DNA of 32,531 bases from an uncultured Candidatus Saccharibacteria bacterium (GTDB lineage Bacteria; Patescibacteriota; Minisyncoccia; Phycocordibacterales; UBA918): assembly GCA_964347215.1 (NCBI GenBank), contig CAYFXS010000004.1, forward strand, positions 1 through 32,531, written 5' to 3'. The position numbers were made by a program, and so were the translations under genes. The notes beneath the pieces were generated by a model. It was not told the DNA's origin. It ran no database searches and saw nothing but the letters and a program-made list of their open reading frames with translations. This document shows positions 26,178 to 32,531 of the stretch, in pieces. How positions within the stretch are numbered: the first letter of the stretch is position 1; every line of letters begins with the position of its first letter.

Positions 26178-26693
26178 ATGAAACGACCATCATTTCTAGA
26201 GAGACTCACCGGTTCAGTTAACGTCGATGAGTATGACGAAATCCTTGATGAGGAGCATGAGTTTGGTGAAAACGATCAAGCTGAAGAAGCTCATTTTGAA
26301 GATGAGTCTGAATGGCATGGTCAAGCAGGTCTAGATGAAGATGAAGAGGTGCAGGAGGGTGAACTGCCTGTAGACATGTATCACACTGGTGACGCTATTG
26401 TGATTCGTGCACTAGTGGCTGGCGTTGCTCCAGACGATCTTGATATCGCTATCACTCGAGACATGGTAACTATCAAAGGTGTTCGTCAGGAAGTACCAGA
26501 AACCGGACATGATGACTACTACCACCGAGAACTTTTCTGGGGCTCTTTCTCACGCACTCTCCTACTCCCTGAAGAAGTACTAATCGACGAAGCTGACGCA
26601 CAAGAAAAACATGGTCTATTAGAAATCAGATTACCAAAGGTAGACAAAGACCGCAGTACCAAACTTAAGGTTAAAACGAACTCCAATAAATAA
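26178..26693 (+). CDS. Hsp20/alpha-crystallin small heat-shock protein
   Basis: The ACD region PVDMYHTGDAIVIRALVAGVAPDDLDIAITRDMVTIKG...FSRTLLLPEEV...HGLLEIRLPK. The ATG at 26178 is preferred to the TTG at 26136. Confidence 0.85.
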   Translation: MKRPSFLERLTGSVNVDEYDEILDEEHEFGENDQAEEAHFEDESEWHGQAGLDEDEEVQEGELPVDMYHTGDAIVIRALVAGVAPDDLDIAITRDMVTIKGVRQEVPETGHDDYYHRELFWGSFSRTLLLPEEVLIDEADAQEKHGLLEIRLPKVDKDRSTKLKVKTNSNK

Positions 26694-26694
26694 G

Positions 26695-26718
26695 AAACCG
26701 GCCCCAAGGCCGGTTTTT
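26695..26718. terminator. bidirectional terminator
   Basis: aaaccggcc ccaa ggccggttt tt. Confidence 0.75.
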
Positions 26719-26735
26719 AATTTTAAATGACGAAG

Positions 26736-26918
26736 TTACTCTGCAGCCATGGCTACCACTTCCTCACCTGGCACAATCAGCTTTTTCACCTGACGATTGT
26801 CAGGTAATTTTACTGACACCCAAAACAGTGGGCCACCACTAGGTGAAGGTATACCAATTATGATCCCCTCCACCACTTCAGCTTTTTCCCCTAAAGGGGT
26901 GTAGGTTTGAAGCAACAT
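26736..26918 (-). CDS. small hypothetical protein (60 aa)
   Basis: AAGGAGAG SD upstream of the ATG, and a terminator at its 3' end. Confidence 0.5.
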   Translation of the reverse strand: MLLQTYTPLGEKAEVVEGIIIGIPSPSGGPLFWVSVKLPDNRQVKKLIVPGEEVVAMAAE

Positions 26919-26968
26919 ATCCTATCTCTCCTTTTAGAACCAATCTGAGTCATCAAATTTTTATTACA

Positions 26969-26994
26969 AAAATCCGCCTCAGAAGGCGGATTTT
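26969..26994 (-). terminator. terminator after the HD-domain gene
   Basis: aaaatccgcc tcagaa ggcggatttt, with T-runs on both strands. Confidence 0.65.
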
Positions 26995-27139
26995 CTATTT
27001 CTGGAGTATAAAACACAAAAACCACCTTCTACTGCGGAGAATTAATGGTGGAGGAACAAAAACTGCTCCAAGTCCGAATTGTGTTCGTTAGTTTCATTAA
27101 TTTGATTATAGTTAGTTTTAAAACGCTGTCCAGCCTGAT

Positions 27140-27796
27140 TTACACACCCTCAATAGTTTTGGTGTGGATTTTGTTTTTAAAAGTATTCTCAAGCTCAAAC
27201 AACAGATCATTCCAAATTTCTTCTAAGGCTGGATCAATTTTAAAAAGATCAACTTTGTAAGTCTTATTGAACTCATGATGTTCGGTAGTTTGATAAGGTG
27301 CATCTTTTAAGTATTGCCAAGCCTGAATTCTCCCCTCCAAAGCATCAATCGCTTTTACCAACCTAGCTTCGAAAGTTTCTTGTTTCTCGATTTCCTGCCA
27401 AACCTCCAACAACTCTCCTCCCTCACTATCTCCCAACTTAGCAAATATTTTCTCAGCCGCAGATTCTTCTAATTGATTTTTATCTTTAGCTTTAGCTGTG
27501 TTAAAAGCATGACTATCTTTACCCGTTCCACTTTCACCTAGAGGAGACAAATCGCCAGTTAACACTTCCGGTAAGTCATGGATCGCAATCATGGTGACAA
27601 CTTTTCCTAAGTCGAACGGAGTAGAAATTTTATCTTTCAACAAACACAAAATCAGTGTCATGCGCCACGTATGATCAGCTACAGACTCATAACGTTCAAT
27701 GCCGAAATCACGAAAATATGTTTGATCTTTAAAACGCTCCACTCTCTTCAGCAACCCAGCAAATTCGATAAAATCTAAACTTTTCATATCAGGCAT
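27140..27796 (-). CDS. HD-domain hydrolase (YfbR-like 5'-nucleotidase family)
   Basis: RYESVADHTWRM and MIAIHDLPEVLTGD (the H...HD...D metal site). Confidence 0.75.
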   Translation of the reverse strand: MPDMKSLDFIEFAGLLKRVERFKDQTYFRDFGIERYESVADHTWRMTLILCLLKDKISTPFDLGKVVTMIAIHDLPEVLTGDLSPLGESGTGKDSHAFNTAKAKDKNQLEESAAEKIFAKLGDSEGGELLEVWQEIEKQETFEARLVKAIDALEGRIQAWQYLKDAPYQTTEHHEFNKTYKVDLFKIDPALEEIWNDLLFELENTFKNKIHTKTIEGV

Positions 27797-27843
27797 TTTA
27801 GCACTTAAAAAATTTGTAAACTATGCTATGATATCTGCCACTT

Positions 27844-27916
27844 GCTTGGGTAGCTCAGTTGGTAGAGCATTCGCCTGAAGAGCGAAGGGTCGCCGGTTCA
27901 AGCCCGGCCCCAAGCA
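27844..27916 (+). tRNA. tRNA-Phe (anticodon GAA)
   Basis: GCTTGGG TA GCTC AGTTGGTA GAGC A TTCGC CTGAAGA GCGAA GGGTC GCCGG TTCAAGC CCGGC CCCAAGC A. Confidence 0.92.
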
Positions 27917-27927
27917 CAGAAAGAATG

Positions 27928-27947
27928 ACCGCCTCGTGCGGTTTTTC
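27928..27947 (+). terminator. short terminator after tRNA-Phe
   Basis: accgc ctcgt gcggt ttttc. Confidence 0.5.
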
Positions 27948-28181
27948 TTGTGCCTTGGGGTAGCGCAAGATTTGTGCATACAAATCGAGCAGGCTTGAAA
28001 AGCTTTTGCGGTATTTTAGGAGTATAACGAACTAAAATAACCAAAAGGTGTACTGAACCTGTAAGGTTCAAGCCCGCCTCTTACAGAGACTGTCCACTCA
28101 TTGGTTATTTCTTGTACTTCGTCTAAAAAATACCACAATGAGTCTTGCGAAACTCCAAGCATTCGCTTCTCACCCAAGTAC

Positions 28182-28223
28182 AAAAGAAAAGAGCGACTCC
28201 TTACGGAGTCGCTCTTTTCTTTT
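28182..28223 (-). terminator. 19-bp terminator hairpin
   Basis: aaaagaaaagagcgactcc ttac ggagtcgctcttttctttt. Confidence 0.8.
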
Positions 28224-28224
28224 T

Positions 28225-28542
28225 TTATTCACCACTAGTTAAAGAATCTAACAGTAAGTCTAGACCCTTAAGACCTGGTATCTCACTAATACCGGCCTTA
28301 AAAAGCTCATAATTGGCTCCTAGCGCTGTGAAATAAGGCTCCAGTACATAGAAGTACAACAAGAAAGGTAGACCAATCAAAATACAATACCAGGCAATTC
28401 TGGTCCAAAGCTGGATCACATTACCACGATGGATTTTTTTAAGTAATTTATTATTCTCCTCCAAAAGTCGTTTGTTGGTCGTCAACAAATCTTTCATTTC
28501 GCCATGATCATGACCTAACTGTGTTTCTTCTGTCATGCTCAT
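28225..28542 (-). CDS. hypothetical membrane protein (105 aa)
   Basis: Coiled-coil-like N-terminus, then a hydrophobic hairpin WTRIAWYCILIGLPFLLYFYVL. A terminator abuts the stop. Confidence 0.5.
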   Translation of the reverse strand: MSMTEETQLGHDHGEMKDLLTTNKRLLEENNKLLKKIHRGNVIQLWTRIAWYCILIGLPFLLYFYVLEPYFTALGANYELFKAGISEIPGLKGLDLLLDSLTSGE

Positions 28543-28582
28543 AATTATAACTTAGTCATTAGAATTAAATAAAGAGTTATTG

Positions 28583-28654
28583 TGTCCCTACCAGGAATCG
28601 AACCTAGAGCTACTCCTTAGGAGGGAGTCGTTTTATCCATTAAACTACAGGGAC
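28583..28654 (-). tRNA. tRNA-Arg (anticodon CCT)
   Basis: rc = GTCCCTG TA GTTT AATGGATA AAAC G ACTCC CTCCTAA GGAGT AGCT CTAGG TTCGATT CCTGG TAGGGAC A. Confidence 0.88.
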
Positions 28655-28670
28655 ATGGGTGATACTTTAG

Positions 28671-28711
28671 CACAAAAGCAGCGGGAGCCGTAGGCTCCCG
28701 CTGCTTTTGTG
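28671..28711 (-). terminator. 19-bp terminator hairpin
   Basis: cacaaaagcagcgggagcc gta ggctcccgctgcttttgtg. Confidence 0.75.
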
Positions 28712-28756
28712 TTTATGAATCACTTACGTTATCTCTCTCCTGGAAACTAGTCACTA

Positions 28757-28861
28757 TAAATCACGCTAAATACAAGGCGAGTAAGAAAAATGATGCGAGA
28801 CGTACTTGATGTACGGTGAGTATCATTTTTTAAAACTCAACGCAGTAGTTAGTGTGATTTA
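28757..28861. repeat. nested-hairpin element, copy B (homologous to 16602-16726)
   Basis: The outer stem taaatcacGctaa / ttagTgtgattta includes the glutaredoxin-like gene's stop codon. The inner stem is built on gagtaagaaaaatgatgc / gtatcattttttaaaactc. It carries the ATACAAGGCGAGTAA and AACGCAGTAG junction motifs. Confidence 0.75.
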
Positions 28862-29095
28862 TGCGGCTAGCAACTCAGCTACTTTTGATTCGTCAAAACC
28901 GATCACTACATCATCTTCAATACGAATAACTGGCACGCCCATCTGACCGGTCATTTCGATCATTTCTTGACGCTTTTCAGCATCTGCTGCTACATCGTGC
29001 TCTGTGTATTCAACACTATTTTCTTTAAAATATTCCTTCGCCGCCTGACAGAAATGACACACGGGAGTACTGTAAATTGTTACTGTTTTTGCCAT
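28859..29095 (-). CDS. glutaredoxin-like / NrdH-like thiol-disulfide oxidoreductase
   Basis: VTIYSTPVCHFCQAAKEYF (CxxC) and GQMGVPVI (cis-Pro loop); 78 aa. Confidence 0.85.
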   Translation of the reverse strand: MAKTVTIYSTPVCHFCQAAKEYFKENSVEYTEHDVAADAEKRQEMIEMTGQMGVPVIRIEDDVVIGFDESKVAELLAA

Positions 29096-29206
29096 ACTCG
29101 TTAATTATAACCCAGCCCTAACTTTTTATCAGCCCCACTTAAACATTAAGTTTAGTATGCAAATTAGGGCGGGGCATGCACTTGTAATTATTTTTACCGC
29201 TAAATT

Positions 29207-29578
29207 TTAGCGCCAAAACCGATACCATTTAGTTGACTTCTCCTCCTCCACTTCAAACTCATTATCTTCATCCTCTTCACCGAGCAGAATGATTACCTGC
29301 TCCCCTTCTTTAGCCACATCGAAGTTTTTTCTTACCTCTTCTTCGATACCACGCTCACCAGAAAGATAGTCAACCTTAGCCTGAATGTCTTCTTTACGAT
29401 CAATCAAATCAACTTGTTCAGACTCTACCTTACTACGTCTCTCAGCCATCTCTCTTTCAATTGTATAACGGTCATACACACTGATTGATAACAAAAATAA
29501 AATCACCAACAAAACCAAGATTGTGGGTCTTGTATAAATGTAGTCGGTCAGTTTTTTCTTTCGCCCGAATTGCACCAT
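29207..29578 (-). CDS. septum formation initiator (FtsB/DivIC-like) protein
   Basis: Single N-terminal TM helix, a coiled coil, then ERGIEEEVRKNFDVAKEGEQVI as in DivIC/FtsB, and an acidic tail. Confidence 0.7.
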   Translation of the reverse strand: MVQFGRKKKLTDYIYTRPTILVLLVILFLLSISVYDRYTIEREMAERRSKVESEQVDLIDRKEDIQAKVDYLSGERGIEEEVRKNFDVAKEGEQVIILLGEEDEDNEFEVEEEKSTKWYRFWR

Positions 29579-29611
29579 ATGTTATTATTTTGACGTTAAC
29601 ATTCTATCATT

Positions 29612-29734
29612 ATGTCATTCCTATACGATAAAAGAACGAAGAGAGCTATCAAATGGATCTGGATTGCTTTTGCTATTTTGATCGTCATCTCGATGGTGTT
29701 TGCCTACTCTGGCGGCGCTTCAATCTTCATGTAA
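29612..29734 (+). CDS. candidate 40-aa single-TM peptide
   Basis: Below the track cutoff. Sequence: MSFLYDKRTKRAIKWIWIAFAILIVISMVFAYSGGASIFM, a basic N-terminus plus one TM helix (DUF4044-like feel). No clear SD. Confidence 0.35.
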   Translation: MSFLYDKRTKRAIKWIWIAFAILIVISMVFAYSGGASIFM

Positions 29735-29909
29735 TTTTATAAATTTTAGCGAACTCCTTCGTTGTCATCGTCACAATAAAGCTCATCGTATGTCTTTATG
29801 CGACTCATCCTATTGTTTCTTGACGCCTCGGATTTCATCCAAAATGTATAAAATACCAAAACAAATATTTCGAGAAGATTAAAATTGCTTTAGATGCAAG
29901 GAAGATAAT

Positions 29910-29953
29910 AAAAATAACCCAAGCGGGGCACGTGCCCCGCTTGGGTTATTTTT
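29910..29953. terminator. bidirectional 20-bp palindromic terminator
   Basis: aaaaataacccaagcggggcac gtgccccgcttgggttattttt. Confidence 0.8.
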
Positions 29954-29982
29954 TGCAATCTGACGCCGTAGATGAAGTAATT

Positions 29983-31776
29983 TTAATCATCCTTAATCAT
30001 CTTCATAAATACATCTGGTGGAATATTCACATTACCAGTACCGTGAGCCAAAGCCTTAGCTTTCCCTTTCTTCTGCTTCTCCAGAAGCTTACGCTTACGA
30101 GTAATATCACCTCCGTACAACTTAGCTGTTACGTCCTTACGAACTGCTGACAACTTCTTGGTTGCAGTTAACTTACCCATCAAACGAGCTTGTACCTTTG
30201 TGGCAAATTGCTGCCGAGGCAAAGTACGGTAAAGTTTTTCAGTAATCGCTTTCGCCTCCTCTTCAGCCCGCATAATTCCCACCACACGAGAGAAAGCTGG
30301 AATCACTTCTTCTGCCACTAAAATATCCAAACGAGTCACATTGGCCGGACGCATTTCGGCAATTTCGTACGATAATGAAGCGTAACCAGAAGAGACATTT
30401 TTCAAACGATCAAAGAAACCACGCATCAGTTCTCGGAGTGGCATTTCAATCACCAGCAAAGTTCTTCCGTCACCAAAAACTTCAGTACCAATAGCATTAG
30501 ACTCATGTTCAAACAGCAAAGTCATAATCGGACCCACATAATCAGGCGGTACAATAATTTGCCCTAGAACCCACGGTTCACGCACTGTCACCTTCTCACC
30601 GTGATCTGGAAAACGAGTAGCAGCGTAGATATGTTCCACCTTGCCATCACTCCACGTCACCTCATAAGCGATCGATGGAGCCGTAATAATTAGCTCAATA
30701 TTAAACTCTCGACGTAATCGTTCTGAAACAATCTCCAAGTGAAGCATCCCCAAAAAACCACACCGGAAACCTCTTCCTAAAACCCCAGAAGACTCCTCTT
30801 CAAATGATAATGAAGAATCTGACAACTGTAGACGTTCAAGCGACTGACGAAGTGAGGTGAAGTCATCCTGACTTTCGGGAAACAAACTTGCCCAAACCAC
30901 AGGCTTCGCCTCCTGATAACCTGACAAAGCTTCAGCACTGTCCTTAGCAAAAACCAAAGTATCCCCCACTGAAGCTACACCCGGCTCTTTAATACCGGTC
31001 ACAATATAACCGATTTCACCTGCCCCTAGACTCTCAGTTGGAACTTCCTGAGGAGATAAAATACCCACTTCCAAAGCTGTGAAAGTCTTACCACTAACGG
31101 AAAATTTAAGCTCATCACCTTTTTTAACCGAGCCATCAAAAACTCGTTGGTAGACAATTATTCCTCGGTGATTAGAATATTGAAAATCAAAGATCAAACC
31201 CCTGTATTTATCCAAAGTAGACTCTGCTGGTGCTGGTATTCGTTTGACAATGGCATCTAAAACATCTTTTACCCCCTCCCCAGTTTTACCAGAAGCAGCC
31301 AAAATCTCTGACGCGTCACAATCAAGTAGTTTAACAATGTCAGCACTAATTTCTTCCACTCTAGCGTGAGGAACATCAATCTTGGTTAGTACAGGCACAA
31401 TCTTCAGCCCTTGATCTTTAGCCATCTGCAACACAGACAATGTCTGGGCTTGTACTCCCTGAGTACTATCAACCAAGAGTAGTACCCCCTCAACAGCATT
31501 AAGAGCTCGTGACACTTCATAAGAGAAGTCAATGTGTCCCGGAGTATCAATCAAGTTAAGTGTGAACTCGACACCGCCTTTCTCGTACTGCATACGAGCT
31601 GGCTGCATCTTAATGGTGATACCACGTTCACGCTCTAACTCCATAGAATCAAGCACCTGATCTTTCATCAGACGAGCTTCTACAGTCTTAGTCTCTTCAA
31701 GCATACGGTCAGACAAAGTCGACTTCCCATGATCGATGTGAGCAATGATACTGAAATTTCTAATTTCTTTTTTCAT
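29983..31776 (-). CDS. lepA: translation elongation factor 4
   Basis: IRNFSIIAHIDHGKSTLSDRMLE, DTPGHIDF, and the LepA-specific C-terminal domain. Confidence 0.97.
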   Translation of the reverse strand: MKKEIRNFSIIAHIDHGKSTLSDRMLEETKTVEARLMKDQVLDSMELERERGITIKMQPARMQYEKGGVEFTLNLIDTPGHIDFSYEVSRALNAVEGVLLLVDSTQGVQAQTLSVLQMAKDQGLKIVPVLTKIDVPHARVEEISADIVKLLDCDASEILAASGKTGEGVKDVLDAIVKRIPAPAESTLDKYRGLIFDFQYSNHRGIIVYQRVFDGSVKKGDELKFSVSGKTFTALEVGILSPQEVPTESLGAGEIGYIVTGIKEPGVASVGDTLVFAKDSAEALSGYQEAKPVVWASLFPESQDDFTSLRQSLERLQLSDSSLSFEEESSGVLGRGFRCGFLGMLHLEIVSERLRREFNIELIITAPSIAYEVTWSDGKVEHIYAATRFPDHGEKVTVREPWVLGQIIVPPDYVGPIMTLLFEHESNAIGTEVFGDGRTLLVIEMPLRELMRGFFDRLKNVSSGYASLSYEIAEMRPANVTRLDILVAEEVIPAFSRVVGIMRAEEEAKAITEKLYRTLPRQQFATKVQARLMGKLTATKKLSAVRKDVTAKLYGGDITRKRKLLEKQKKGKAKALAHGTGNVNIPPDVFMKMIKDD

Positions 31777-31886
31777 AGATTGAGGACACTTTTATAACAC
31801 ACCAGCAGTCCCTACACCATAGAAGATAGGTTACATTTTATTATCTTCATGTATTGATGCAGTTATCGTGCGAAATTTGCAGTTTT

Positions 31887-32531
31887 TTAGACAATGTCGT
31901 CTTGTGCAGTCACAACTTCTGTATCCTTAAATATCTTGACCTTAAATGATCTTGCTACCTCTTTTAATTCTTTAGTGCCGAACAAAGCATAGGCTGCTAT
32001 AACCCCAGCTATACCAGCTATTCCCCCAACTAGACCTTGGAGGAAAATACCTGAAAAAGTATCTTGATTTACAAATGACTCCAATGAATTAAGAGTTACA
32101 TAAGCAGCCATGGCACCAACCATGGAAGCAGACAGGGTATGGAATAAGTGACGGAACATCCATTGCAATGAAACCTGATAACGACGAGCTGCCAGCAAAA
32201 GCATCACACCCGTTTGTGTAATGAGGGCCGTACTATAAGCTACTGCCAGCAACAGAACTTCCGAACCAGGTACTGAATCAAGCCTCATCAAAGAAACAAA
32301 AATATGAGAGAAAGAAGAGTTGGGATCATAAGAATTATAGAAGACAATCAGTAACAGAACCGCTAGCACTGAGCCAAATAGAGTAACGAAGAAAGGAGTT
32401 TTTGTATGCCCACTCGCATAGAAAGTCCTAACTACCAACAAATTAATAGCTTGCGCTACTAAAGACACCACCAGAATCGCTAACACGGCTGCAGTTAGTT
32501 TGGTATCTGACCAATTAAATTCACCCGAACC
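31887..32531 (-). CDS. murJ: lipid II flippase MurJ, C-terminal part (continues beyond window)
   Basis: The frame is open to the window end. RTFYASGHTKTPFFVTL and the following TM helices resemble the MurJ/MviN C-terminal half. Confidence 0.65.
   Translation of the reverse strand, partial: GSGEFNWSDTKLTAAVLAILVVSLVAQAINLLVVRTFYASGHTKTPFFVTLFGSVLAVLLLIVFYNSYDPNSSFSHIFVSLMRLDSVPGSEVLLLAVAYSTALITQTGVMLLLAARRYQVSLQWMFRHLFHTLSASMVGAMAAYVTLNSLESFVNQDTFSGIFLQGLVGGIAGIAGVIAAYALFGTKELKEVARSFKVKIFKDTEVVTAQDDIV

Noticed and set aside
27020-27050. cgcagtag on the minus strand inside the hairpin ccacc...ggtgg after the HD gene, considered as a possible third element copy.
   Set aside because: Only an 8-mer is shared, which is expected by chance in 32 kb on both strands. 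The orientation relative to the upstream gene is opposite, and none of the other conserved blocks is present.
27045-27260. Track ORF of 71 aa on the + strand.
   Set aside because: It is antisense to the 3' end of the HD-domain gene, with an AT-rich, Phe/Ile/Leu-biased translation and no SD.
29700-30150. Track ORFs 29700-29882 and 29932-30150.
   Set aside because: The first starts at a TTG inside the better small ORF at 29612-29734, in another frame. The second runs through a terminator and is antisense to lepA.
1-32531. CRISPR arrays, rRNA genes, transposase or integrase genes, reverse transcriptases, toxin-antitoxin pairs, restriction-modification or other defence operons, and alternative genetic code.
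   Set aside because: No regularly spaced direct repeats and no rRNA-like segments are present. None of the ORF translations carries the hallmark motifs. All conserved genes read through intact with the standard code, so UGA recoding is not needed.

Overview
Dense, mostly housekeeping chromosomal segment from a small-genome, moderately AT-rich bacterium. All long ORFs are intact under the standard code. Gene content and protein style suggest Patescibacteria/CPR, possibly Saccharibacteria-like; this is inference only. Clear genes are rpsU, ybeY, ftsA, ftsZ, trxB, a NUDIX hydrolase, a VIT1 transporter, a GT2 glycosyltransferase, a phosphoribosyltransferase, glmS, an ABC exporter, tsaC, a DHH phosphoesterase, tsaD, valS, prsW, an Hsp20, an HD hydrolase, a glutaredoxin-like protein, an FtsB/DivIC-like protein, lepA and a partial murJ. 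There are four tRNAs (Glu-TTC, Val-GAC, Phe-GAA, Arg-CCT) and many rho-independent terminator hairpins. I see no rRNA, CRISPR array, intact transposase or integrase, or recognisable multi-gene defence or secretion locus. The non-core content is scattered single-gene insertions: a GC-rich 173-aa HTH protein, an orphan ParB-like protein, a 97-aa orphan between two related hairpins, and a LAGLIDADG-like ORF abutting tRNA-Val. The most unusual signals are non-coding. (1) Two homologous 105-125 nt nested-hairpin elements follow two unrelated genes; their junction motifs are conserved, their outer stems differ completely, and each outer stem includes the upstream stop codon. (2) The ftsZ C-terminal tail has a direct copy differing only at synonymous sites, plus an 18-nt inverted copy. 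(3) tRNA-derived debris lies beside tRNA-Glu and tRNA-Phe. (4) ftsA has an apparent 1-nt frameshift. I cannot support a complete novel multi-gene system from sequence alone.
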